From an uncultured Acidimicrobiales bacterium (GTDB lineage: Bacteria; Actinomycetota; Acidimicrobiia; Acidimicrobiales; SZUA-35): a stretch of 64,000 nucleotides of DNA. Position 1 is the first letter of the stretch. Each line of letters starts with the position of its first letter. The translations under genes and the position numbers were made by a program. Below, piece after piece: positions 50,360 through 59,042 of the stretch. The notes beneath the pieces are model-generated. The model did not search any database. It was not told the origin of the DNA and worked only from the letters and a program-made list of their open reading frames with translations. Where the stretch lies: positions 1,942 to 65,941 of the forward strand of contig CALAJV010000024.1 of the NCBI GenBank assembly GCA_937922805.1. Reading direction: 5' to 3'.

Positions 50360-50776
50360 CTACTGGCTCGCTAACGCTTCGGTTGCAACTAGGGCTGCTG
50401 AACAGCTCATCACAGCAACCGAAGCTACCGCACCCAAAACTAGGTGGCCGCCGGCCGCTATCAATGATCCGATCAGGGCGTGGCCGACAACAGCCAGTAC
50501 CAGCGAAAAGCCCCGTACAGCAGTGCGGGGCTTTCCCGCGATTGAGGTATAGGGCTCAGCCTGCGCTTCGGAATCATTGGATCGAACCGGACCTTCGGGG
50601 CCACGATCGCTAGTTGAAGCTGAGTGGCTGTTCGCTAGCTCGAAGAGTCGGGGCTGGTCGAAGCCGACGTGAGCTTTTTCTGGTCTGGACGTAGCGACGC
50701 GATTCTCTGATGGGGGGTCTGACTGGGCCCGCCGCGGAGGGACTCCATCGCCAAAGTCGAATAGTTCTACGGTCAT
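50360..50776 (-). CDS. small tail-anchored membrane protein, unknown function
   Basis: 138 aa with a disordered N-terminal half and two C-terminal hydrophobic spans. It converges on the PspC-domain gene. Confidence 0.45.
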   Translation of the reverse strand: MTVELFDFGDGVPPRRAQSDPPSENRVATSRPEKAHVGFDQPRLFELANSHSASTSDRGPEGPVRSNDSEAQAEPYTSIAGKPRTAVRGFSLVLAVVGHALIGSLIAAGGHLVLGAVASVAVMSCSAALVATEALASQ

Positions 50777-50952
50777 CAGAGGTTCCAGGGGTTTGATTGG
50801 TGGGTTGACTTGGGAGGCTCGTTTGACAGAAACCTCTTAAGTCTTACTCTGACGATTTGCTATGGGGATGTCCCACGCAAGAAATGAAGGTATTGTGCAG
50901 ATCGCCTATCGGGCGAAATGCGCTAGTTCCTATGGCCCATCCGTGAGCGCAC

Positions 50953-52035
50953 TCACGTCCTGGTTCCGAGCGCGTTGGGGTAGTACGCGTCGGGTGGCGA
51001 TGGATTTGCACCGGCCGCTTTCTCCAGAAGAGCTGCGGTGTCGGCATCGAGCAACGAACTGATTGATTCGTCGGCTCGGGCCGCTATCGATTGCATTCGT
51101 TTCGGGTCCATCGGGTTTAGCCCCATAGATCGGACAACTGCCTCATCCGGCTCCACTACGAGAGTACTGACTTCTAGCTTGTGAATTCGTCGAACTTCGT
51201 TCTGTAGCTGACGGCGTGGCCAAGCTCGCACAACAGTGGCGACTGGTCGTGTTACCGCCAGTCGGGCGATCGATAGAGGCGACAACACCACGACTAGGTC
51301 TGGTGGCTCCATGGCTGGTACTGACGAACCGTTGCTCTGGCTCCCTTCGGGAGTTCCCATCTCGGCGACCAAAGTGGCGTTGACTGCTGATGCAACTCCG
51401 CCATCGACGAAACGGCGACCCGCTATTTTCACTGGTGAGAAAAATCCTGGCAGGGCAGAACTGGCGCGTACTGCGTCGCCGACAGATGCTTCTAACGGAT
51501 CTCGGCCGAACACCACTCGATCTCCGGAGTCAAGGTCGGTGGCAGGAATCCAGAGCGGTTCCGCTGGCCACTGTTGATCGTGAAGCTCTTCGATTGGGTC
51601 GCTGATGGCATCAAGCTGGAGTCGACCACTTGGCAGTAACGCAGTGAGAAGATAGATGGGGCGGAGCTGACGGCCGCGGCGGATCTCGCTTGTAGCCATT
51701 TGTACCGAGGCCGGTCCCGTCCAAAACTTGGGAATTGCTCGTGGGGAACGGCCGGCCAGTAGCTGAAGGGCAGACATGTAATCGGGATTGTCTACCGATT
51801 CAATTAGCCGTTCCCGAATTGCTAACGGGGGTACACCACCGCGAAGAAGAGCGGCCACGATAGCTCCGGCTGAAGTTCCGACGATTAGTTCAGCGGTTCG
51901 TGGATCCCAGCCTGTTGTCCTCTGTATTGAATCAAGAACACCGCAATGGAAGGCATAGCCAGCCATGCCACCGCCGCCGAGTACAAGCGCTACTCGAGGA
52001 CTCTTCGATCCGCGCTTTTGGGCCATTAAATCCAC
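50953..52035 (-). CDS. patatin-like phospholipase
   Basis: Oxyanion motif LGGGGMAGYAFHCG, nucleophile GTSAGA, and the catalytic Asp context FVDGGV. Confidence 0.85.
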   Translation of the reverse strand: MDLMAQKRGSKSPRVALVLGGGGMAGYAFHCGVLDSIQRTTGWDPRTAELIVGTSAGAIVAALLRGGVPPLAIRERLIESVDNPDYMSALQLLAGRSPRAIPKFWTGPASVQMATSEIRRGRQLRPIYLLTALLPSGRLQLDAISDPIEELHDQQWPAEPLWIPATDLDSGDRVVFGRDPLEASVGDAVRASSALPGFFSPVKIAGRRFVDGGVASAVNATLVAEMGTPEGSQSNGSSVPAMEPPDLVVVLSPLSIARLAVTRPVATVVRAWPRRQLQNEVRRIHKLEVSTLVVEPDEAVVRSMGLNPMDPKRMQSIAARADESISSLLDADTAALLEKAAGANPSPPDAYYPNALGTRT

Positions 52036-52147
52036 CGTACCTGATATTGGTTAAGGTAGCAGCCGGGTAATAGTAGCTAGATAACAGGCCTGGGCCCGGT
52101 GATCACCGGGCCCAGGCACAATTCTCTATCAACGCGCTTCGTTCTAA

Positions 52148-54439
52148 CTAGGCCGAAGCACCCTGAATGGCTTGCCAGACTGTTTGAGCGGTCAACGGCA
52201 TGTCGATGTGGCGGACTCCCAAATGGGAGACGGCATCAATCACAGCATTGTGTATCGCCGGCGTTGAGCCAATGGTCCCGGATTCGCCGATTCCTTTAGC
52301 CCCCAATGGGTTTCGAGGGCTAGGCGTTTCGGTGTTTGAGGTCTCAAACGATGGGAGCTCGGCTGCTGACGGAATGGCGTAGTCCATCAAGTTGCTCGTA
52401 ATCGGATTGCCGTCATCGTCGTATTCGACGATCTCGAACAACGCTTGGGCAGCTCCTTGAGCTATACCACCGTGTTGCTGACCCGTGACGATGAGCGGGT
52501 TCAGGATTTGACCACAGTCATCGACAGCAACGTGTCGAACCATCGAAGCTTCACCGGTCTCGGTGTCGACTTCGACTACCGAGATGTGAGCGCCGAATGG
52601 GAACGTTGCGTCGGTTCCGTCGAAGTCGAGTTCGTGGCTAAGACCAGGTTCCATATCGGCGGGACGCTTTGAGTCGTCATTTGCGGCCTTGGCCAAATCG
52701 GCCCAGGAAACAGACGATCCAGGGTCGCCGGCGACCTGTAGGCCACCTTCACCGGTCACCATGTCGGCCTCGTTCGCTTCAAGCATGTGAGCAGCGAGTT
52801 TCTTGGCTTTCGCGACAACGGTCTCGCTAGCGACATGAACGGCCGAGCCAGCCGTTTGGAGCGAGCGAGAGCCCATGGTGCCCGCCCCTCGTGGAATCTC
52901 ATCGGTGTCAGATTGAAGGATGGTGATGTCGTCCATTGGAACGCCCATCATGTCAGAAACGATCATTGAGAAGGAGGTGATATGGCCTTGACCGTGGGCG
53001 CTAGTGCCGACTCGGGCAGTGACTTTGCCCTCTTCGTCAACTTCAACTGCCCCGTATTCGACGTGAAGGCCAGCTGGTGCCGTTACTTCCACATACGTGC
53101 AGAATCCAATGCCGAGTTGCTTCGGATCTCCTGATTCTCGTCTCGCTGCTTGCTGGGCTAGCAGATCTTGGTAGCCCGCTGCTTCCAGAACAGCGTCGAG
53201 CGATTTTTCGTATTCGCCGCAGTCGTAGTTTGCGCCGCCGTGGGTAGTGAGCGGGAAGGACTCGGGTTGGAGGAAGTTTTTGCGTCGGATCTCAGCTGGG
53301 TCGATGCCGAGCTCGTCGGCTGCGAGGTCGATGACTCGTTCCAACATTTGGGTGGCTTCTGGTCGCCCAGCTCCACGGTATGCACCGGTGGTGGTCGTGT
53401 TGGTGACCGATGAGCGAGCGTGATATTTCAACTTAGGAATCTGATAGACGCCTTGAATCATCGTCTGAGTGAACATCGTGAGGAATGCGCCAATACCGGG
53501 ATACGAACCGCCGTCAGCTACGACGTTGCAGTCCATGCCGGTGATCACGCCGTCACTGGTCAGTCCAAGTTTGGTAGTAAGGACCATGGCCCGGCCATGG
53601 ACGAGCGACACCATGTTCTCGGATCGATCCTCTGTCCACTTCATTGGCCGGTCTAGCTCGGCGGCGAGCTTCGTAGTTATGAAGTGCTCTACGTAGGCAC
53701 CCGCTTTTGGTCCAAACCCTCCACCGACGGTAGGGGCAGCGACTCGAACCTTTTCTGGATCAAGCCCGAGGATGCCGACGATGGCGTCTCGAACCGCAAT
53801 TGGGTTCTGGCTCGGAATCCAAACTGTCATATGGTCCCCATTAGGGATCGACACGCACCCGTTGGGTTCCATCGGAACACCAGCTAGTCGCTGGCTTACA
53901 ACCCGTAGCTCCGTGACGTGATCGGCCCCTTCGAGAGGATCGTCATCGGAAGGGAGTCCAGTCTCGAAAACAAGGTTGTTTCCGTGCTCTTCAAACAGCA
54001 CTGGTGCTCCGTCTTCGAGAGCGGCTTCCGGGTCGGTCACAGACGGCAATGGGGTGTAGTCGACGACGACGGCCTCGGCAGCATCTGCCGCCTCTTCTCG
54101 CGAATCGGCAGCTACTACGGCCACAATGTCACCAACAAAGCGGACTTTGCCTTTGGCAAGCTGAGGGCGGTTGAACTCTGCCGGGAACATAGGAAAGCCC
54201 TGAAAGTCAGCCAGTTCGAGAGTTTCGGCTGTCCAAACGCCGGCGATCCCAGGCATTGAAGCTGCTTCGTTGACGTCGATCGAGTCGATTTTGGCGTGAG
54301 CGTACGGTGATCGAACGAAGAAAACATGAGCCATTCCGTCGACAACCATGTCGTCGTAATACTCGTCGGTGCCCATCAATAGGGTTGGGTCTTCTCTGCG
54401 GAGAACCGCGTTTCCAAGAATTGAGCCCTCTACTGCCAT
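52148..54439 (-). CDS. xanthine dehydrogenase-family molybdopterin-binding large subunit (form-II CoxL-like)
   Basis: Start at ATG 54439 (MAVEGSILGNAVLRRED), which has AAGGAG about 10 nt upstream. The active-site loop is AYRGAGR (coded at ~53361-53383), the form-II rather than form-I CO-dehydrogenase signature. Confidence 0.9.
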   Translation of the reverse strand: MAVEGSILGNAVLRREDPTLLMGTDEYYDDMVVDGMAHVFFVRSPYAHAKIDSIDVNEAASMPGIAGVWTAETLELADFQGFPMFPAEFNRPQLAKGKVRFVGDIVAVVAADSREEAADAAEAVVVDYTPLPSVTDPEAALEDGAPVLFEEHGNNLVFETGLPSDDDPLEGADHVTELRVVSQRLAGVPMEPNGCVSIPNGDHMTVWIPSQNPIAVRDAIVGILGLDPEKVRVAAPTVGGGFGPKAGAYVEHFITTKLAAELDRPMKWTEDRSENMVSLVHGRAMVLTTKLGLTSDGVITGMDCNVVADGGSYPGIGAFLTMFTQTMIQGVYQIPKLKYHARSSVTNTTTTGAYRGAGRPEATQMLERVIDLAADELGIDPAEIRRKNFLQPESFPLTTHGGANYDCGEYEKSLDAVLEAAGYQDLLAQQAARRESGDPKQLGIGFCTYVEVTAPAGLHVEYGAVEVDEEGKVTARVGTSAHGQGHITSFSMIVSDMMGVPMDDITILQSDTDEIPRGAGTMGSRSLQTAGSAVHVASETVVAKAKKLAAHMLEANEADMVTGEGGLQVAGDPGSSVSWADLAKAANDDSKRPADMEPGLSHELDFDGTDATFPFGAHISVVEVDTETGEASMVRHVAVDDCGQILNPLIVTGQQHGGIAQGAAQALFEIVEYDDDGNPITSNLMDYAIPSAAELPSFETSNTETPSPRNPLGAKGIGESGTIGSTPAIHNAVIDAVSHLGVRHIDMPLTAQTVWQAIQGASA

Positions 54440-54610
54440 GAACTGCACGCTCCTTGCGGTGGTGAAATTTTGGTGGAGATATGCCGACATCCTAGTAGCC
54501 AGACCGTGGGGTGAGTCCAGCCAGGCTGCCGAATTCAGCTAGCGCCTAGTGGCCAGTGGCTGTCACGAGCCAGTCTCACAGGTTGCGAATGGCTATCAGT
54601 CAGTTTCTGG

Positions 54611-55207
54611 TCAGGCGTTAGATTCTGAATCTGGCTCTCCGTAGGCGGTTTCGAGCCACCGTTCGTACCGGTCAGGATCGAGCCAAGCGCCGGTGCGTTC
54701 TGCGAACAATCGAGCGGCCGGCAACATCATCTCGATGTTTCCGTCCCGAGCGTCGGTCGAGGAAACGTCGGCGATCTCGCCCTCGATGGTCAGGGTGTAC
54801 TCGGCTGGTGTCTCGATGCCGAAACGAGGGGCTATCGCAAGGTCGGGGAGCCGGGCTAACGCTTCGTCTCGGGCTGCGTTGCTTGTGCCGTACCACTTAG
54901 GGTCTTGTATCTGCACCCACTTGTCGGCTCCGAGCACCAGTACGTCGTACTCTTCGGCGATATCGGCCAAGAGTTGTTGTTCGGTAATCGCGGCCCGAAG
55001 CCATGGCTCGTCGGTTATGGACGAGAACAACACATCTAGCCGATCCTTTAGGACCGGACGGGAGACTGTTTCTTTGGCTAGGGCAGTCACACTGATTGTT
55101 AAGTCGACAGTATCGAGCCCGTAATGGTCCCGAGCCGCAGCCGCAATTGCTAAGTGTGCAGAAGTCGGCGGATTGAACGAACCTGGATATACACCGGTTT
55201 TGGCCAT
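54611..55207 (-). CDS. cytidylyltransferase-fold nucleotidyltransferase (NadD-like)
   Basis: N-terminal GVYPGSFNPPTSAHL resembles the (H/T)xGH nucleotidyltransferase motif but lacks the second His. 198 aa. Confidence 0.65.
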   Translation of the reverse strand: MAKTGVYPGSFNPPTSAHLAIAAAARDHYGLDTVDLTISVTALAKETVSRPVLKDRLDVLFSSITDEPWLRAAITEQQLLADIAEEYDVLVLGADKWVQIQDPKWYGTSNAARDEALARLPDLAIAPRFGIETPAEYTLTIEGEIADVSSTDARDGNIEMMLPAARLFAERTGAWLDPDRYERWLETAYGEPDSESNA

Positions 55208-55291
55208 CAGGACTCAACACTAGTAGTTGCTGACGGTCGCTGTTGCAATTGCCGCACTCGAATCAATCCCAATCCGGCGTAAGCTCTTGAG

Positions 55292-56512
55292 TTGGAGGGT
55301 GCAGGGCAGATGGCTGGTGTGGGTAGACAGGTAGGTGGAGCTCGTCGGAACTCGGGCCGGAGTGGGAATTACCGAGCCGCTTCGTCGAGCGGCTCGACGG
55401 CTACGTTCAGTCACGAGTTCGGCAACGTGGCAAATCTCTCGCACGACGAACTGACACTGTTAGAAACCGACGACTTTGTTGATGAACTGCGCCGCCGGAT
55501 TCCTACGGCGAAACATCGAATCTTCGTGCAGCTAATGACCTTCGACGGTGATGACGCCGGGCGCGAAATAGCGGCTTTGCTTGAGGGGGCGGCCAAGGAC
55601 GGAATTGATGTTCGACTGTTAGTCGATCGGTTCGCTCTTCACGTAGTGAGCGATCAGTCAGCGCGGCGCAAAGCGGTTGCTGGCGAGTTGGCTTCGACCA
55701 AGCAAATGTTTGCTCAGCTGCGGGAGTCCGGAGCGGCGCTCAAATTCACTCATCCATTTGGCCCGGCCAACGTGTATTCGTTGGCGAGGAATCACAAGAA
55801 GATATTTGTCATCGACGATCACGCCTATCTGGGCGGGATCAACATCAGCGATCACAACTTCGAGTGGCGAGATTTTATGGTTCGGGTTGATAATGGTGAG
55901 GTCGTTCAGGCCGTCGTCGATGACTTTGCCCATACCTTCAACGGGGGTCGTACATCGGCCAGCGACTTGATTGTGACCAACGAGGCAGTGGAGCAGCTTT
56001 TCGATTCGCTCGTATCTACCGCGGAGCGAAGCGTAATCCTCGCCTCTCCGTATGCGATAGATATTGAGTTCGCTCGCCTAATGAAGCGATGCCCAGCCAA
56101 AGTAAAGGCGTTGATCTCGCCCCGTCGCAACAACATCTTCCTATTTCGCGCGATGACGCCGTTTATCAATGAGCGACTGAAGCGCGCTGATGTCGAACTC
56201 CAGACCTATCGCAGATTTTCCCACGCCAAATTTCTGCTGGTAGATGATGACAAGCTACTAATCGGCTCGTCGAACTACGGTCGGCATAGTTTCTGGTGCA
56301 ACCAAGAAATAGGTTTGCTGATAACCGACACTGTCTTCATTGAGCAGTTCAAGGCAACAATGTTGGGCGACGAGCACGTAGAACCGTTGATCCATAGACC
56401 TTCGCGTCTCCAGCTCCTAGTCGGGGCGATAGTCTCCTACTGGGCCCACTCGGTTGCCCATCTGCTTCGATTAACGATCGCTCAACGTGTCCCGAACCTC
56501 TCGTCGAAATGA
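55292..56512 (+). CDS. phospholipase D superfamily protein (two HKD motifs; cardiolipin/phospholipid synthase-like)
   Basis: HKD motifs HKKIFVIDDHAYLGGINISDHN and HAKFLLVDDDKLLIGSSNYGRHS. The start is uncertain. Confidence 0.8.
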   Translation: MEGAGQMAGVGRQVGGARRNSGRSGNYRAASSSGSTATFSHEFGNVANLSHDELTLLETDDFVDELRRRIPTAKHRIFVQLMTFDGDDAGREIAALLEGAAKDGIDVRLLVDRFALHVVSDQSARRKAVAGELASTKQMFAQLRESGAALKFTHPFGPANVYSLARNHKKIFVIDDHAYLGGINISDHNFEWRDFMVRVDNGEVVQAVVDDFAHTFNGGRTSASDLIVTNEAVEQLFDSLVSTAERSVILASPYAIDIEFARLMKRCPAKVKALISPRRNNIFLFRAMTPFINERLKRADVELQTYRRFSHAKFLLVDDDKLLIGSSNYGRHSFWCNQEIGLLITDTVFIEQFKATMLGDEHVEPLIHRPSRLQLLVGAIVSYWAHSVAHLLRLTIAQRVPNLSSK

Positions 56513-57137
56513 ACTGATTGCAATTCCGCTGGCCCTTGCGGTCGTAGCGTTCGCTATCTGGTATTTGGGGGTCGTCCTCGAGTCGAGTCTGGTTCGGTTT
56601 GTTGGTTTCATGAGCGGGGCCTGCACATTCGTTCCGTTACCAGCTGATGCCTATGTGCTAAACGCGGCGGTCGACAATTCAGCACTCGCCATTGGGTTGG
56701 TCGGCGGAGCAGTGAACGTCATTGCGGTGTTAGCGGAGCGACAATGGGTGCTTCGCTTCGTCGACCATCCGAGTTTCGATCGATTCAGACTTTTTGTTGG
56801 TCGGAACAAGTGGGTTGACCTGACTGAGAAGAACTTGTTCGTTGGTCTTGTCGTCGGCGGATTTAGCTTTCTCCCGTTTGAGCCTTTTCGTCTGGTTGCG
56901 GTTCTTCGAAACTATTCGCCGGTCAGGTACGGGTTGGCGACCTTTCTAGGGCGAGGGTTTCGCTACTACTGGCTGGCACGAGCCGGAGAAGTATTCGCTT
57001 CCTTGGGAATCGTAAAATATGCAGTTTGGGCTAGCTTGGCCTTTTTTACAATCGGATTGGCTCGCTCGTACCGTAAGTTCTCAGCTGCTGATCCAGCGAG
57101 TGAATCGGCCGATGAAGGAGATCTAACCGATGGCTGA
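56487..57137 (+). CDS. polytopic membrane protein (VTT/DedA-like, tentative)
   Basis: GTG start overlaps the PLD gene end by 26 nt. 216 aa with 4-5 hydrophobic spans. Confidence 0.6.
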   Translation: MSRTSRRNELIAIPLALAVVAFAIWYLGVVLESSLVRFVGFMSGACTFVPLPADAYVLNAAVDNSALAIGLVGGAVNVIAVLAERQWVLRFVDHPSFDRFRLFVGRNKWVDLTEKNLFVGLVVGGFSFLPFEPFRLVAVLRNYSPVRYGLATFLGRGFRYYWLARAGEVFASLGIVKYAVWASLAFFTIGLARSYRKFSAADPASESADEGDLTDG

Positions 57138-57573
57138 TAGCGACAGGGTCAACAGTGACACGGCTCATAGTGAGATATCTCGGCCGTCGTACTCCGAGGA
57201 GATGAAGCGGGTTCTTGGTGCCCTCCATCCGGACGTAGTTATTGAAGGCAGCACTGCTGTTGGCAGTTTTGAGCCGCAACCGGAACACCGGGGCAATGCC
57301 GGTTGGCTTCACGGAGGGTTGGCAGCCACGGTGCTAGACCATGTCTGCGCTCGAGCCGCCAGCGCTGCGTTGGGTAACAGGGTCGTTACCGGGCGACTTG
57401 ACTTACGGTATCCGAAACCTGTTCTGCTGGCCGATGGACCGTACCGGGTTGAAGCCACTGCCGCGGAGCCTCGAGGCCGAATGGTTCGCGTAAGCGGAGC
57501 CATCTTGGACCAAACCGGCAAACCAATGGTCGAAGCCCAGAGCCTTTTTGTTGAGTTTAATTCTGACCACTAG
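57130..57573 (+). CDS. PaaI/hotdog-fold thioesterase
   Basis: ATGGCTGA 8-nt overlap with the upstream gene. Core NAGWLHGGLAATVLDHVCA, typical of PaaI-type thioesterases. Confidence 0.75.
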   Translation: MADSDRVNSDTAHSEISRPSYSEEMKRVLGALHPDVVIEGSTAVGSFEPQPEHRGNAGWLHGGLAATVLDHVCARAASAALGNRVVTGRLDLRYPKPVLLADGPYRVEATAAEPRGRMVRVSGAILDQTGKPMVEAQSLFVEFNSDH

Positions 57574-57685
57574 CTACTAGGTCTCGATTCGGGATTTCGG
57601 CGTCGACCGGAACTATCGCCTCACGCTATCGATCCGTCGGCATCGGGGAGTTAAGCTAAGTTGGCGACGAGACCTAGGAGACGCT

Positions 57686-58918
57686 TTGACTGCTTCAACG
57701 TTCGATCAAGATGGAATGCTTCGAACTGTCCAGTGGCGAAACGGGGACCGAACCCCAGGGCCGTTTTCTGCTGCCGAGATGGATGCTCGCCAGGCCAAGC
57801 TCCGGGACCACATGGCGACCGGTGGCATTGACGCCTGTTTGCTGACCTCATATCACAACATCTGCTACTTCTCTGGATTCATGTACTGTCGCTTTGGTCG
57901 CAACTACGGATTCGTTGTCGACGACTCGACCGCAACGACGATCACGGCCGCTATCGACGGCGGACAACCATGGCGTCGGACCCACGGCGACAATGTGGTT
58001 TACACCGACTGGCGTAGCGACAACTTCTTTCACGCACTGCAAGGATTGACATCGGGGGTGAAGCGTCTCGGGGTCGAGATGGACGAAGTTAGCGTGCAGC
58101 TGAGACAACAGCTTGAGGCCGCTCTTCCTGGCGTCGAACTTGTTGATGTGGGTGCTGACACGATGTGGATTCGGACGGTGAAATCGGCTGAAGAAATTAC
58201 GCTAATCAAAACCGCGACCGCTATTGCAGATCTTGGTGCCGAGACCGTTCGCGATTCGATTGGCGTTGGAGTGGCAGAACACGAAGTGGCACTGGCTTCG
58301 ACACAGACCATGGTGCGCGCCATCGCCGAGCAGTTCGAGTTCGCCGAGTTGATGGACACCTGGACGTGGTTTCAGTCTGGAATCAACACTGATGGCGCTC
58401 ACAATCCAGTTACGAACAAACGAATCGAACAAGGCGATATTCTTAGCCTTAACTGCTTCCCAATGATCTTCGGCTACTACGTTGCTATCGAACGGACGCT
58501 GTTTTGCGATCATGTATCTGATGCCGCCCTTCAGCTTTGGGAGCGCAACGTTGAGGTGCACGAAGCAGGTTTGGAACTGATCAAGCCGGGCGCCCGGTGC
58601 GGCGACATAGCGAAGGAGCTAAACGAGATCTATCGGGGTTATGGTCTGCTGCAATACCGATCGTTTGGTTATGGCCATTCGTTTGGTGTGCTTAGCCACT
58701 ACTACGGTCGGGAAGCCGGGGTGGAGCTCCGAGAGGATATCGAGACCGAACTGAAGCCGGGCATGGTCGTTTCGATCGAACCGATGATCATGATCCCGGA
58801 TGGACAACCGGGAGCTGGTGGCTACCGAGAGCACGATGTATTGGTAGTAACCGAAGATGGTGCCGAAAACATCACCGGATTTCCTTATGGCCCCGAGCAC
58901 AATGTCATTCCTGGGTAG
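57686..58918 (+). CDS. creatinase (creatine amidinohydrolase)-like M24-fold enzyme
   Basis: Long colinear matches by eye to Pseudomonas putida creatinase: SYHNI.YFSGF.YC.FGR.Y, DGGQPWRR, MDTWTWFQSGINTDGAHNPVT, GDILSLNCFPM, FGYGHSFG.LSHYYGREAG.ELRED and GAGGYREHD. Confidence 0.85.
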   Translation: MTASTFDQDGMLRTVQWRNGDRTPGPFSAAEMDARQAKLRDHMATGGIDACLLTSYHNICYFSGFMYCRFGRNYGFVVDDSTATTITAAIDGGQPWRRTHGDNVVYTDWRSDNFFHALQGLTSGVKRLGVEMDEVSVQLRQQLEAALPGVELVDVGADTMWIRTVKSAEEITLIKTATAIADLGAETVRDSIGVGVAEHEVALASTQTMVRAIAEQFEFAELMDTWTWFQSGINTDGAHNPVTNKRIEQGDILSLNCFPMIFGYYVAIERTLFCDHVSDAALQLWERNVEVHEAGLELIKPGARCGDIAKELNEIYRGYGLLQYRSFGYGHSFGVLSHYYGREAGVELREDIETELKPGMVVSIEPMIMIPDGQPGAGGYREHDVLVVTEDGAENITGFPYGPEHNVIPG

Positions 58919-59013
58919 TCCATAGTCGCCAACATAGAACACCTAATCCGAACCAAAGCAGTTAGGCCTCTGAGCCAAAGGCTGATCTGCTGTCTCTGCT
59001 CGATTCATAGATA

Positions 59014-59029
59014 TCGAACATTTGTTCGA
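59014..59029. promoter_or_regulatory. LexA (SOS/Cheo) box TCGAAC-ATTT-GTTCGA within a 22-nt perfect palindrome
   Basis: ATATCGAACA-tt-TGTTCGATAT spans 59011-59032 and matches the Gram-positive/actinobacterial consensus TCGAAC-N4-GTTCGA exactly. Its right arm overlaps a -10-like TATAGT (59030-59035). Confidence 0.75.
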
Positions 59030-59042
59030 TATAGTGAGATGG

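Noticed and set aside
50953-52035. Patatin genes as effectors of a CBASS-like or other defence system
   Set aside because: No cyclase, sensor, STING/SAVED or other defence partners lie nearby, and the neighbours are metabolic genes.
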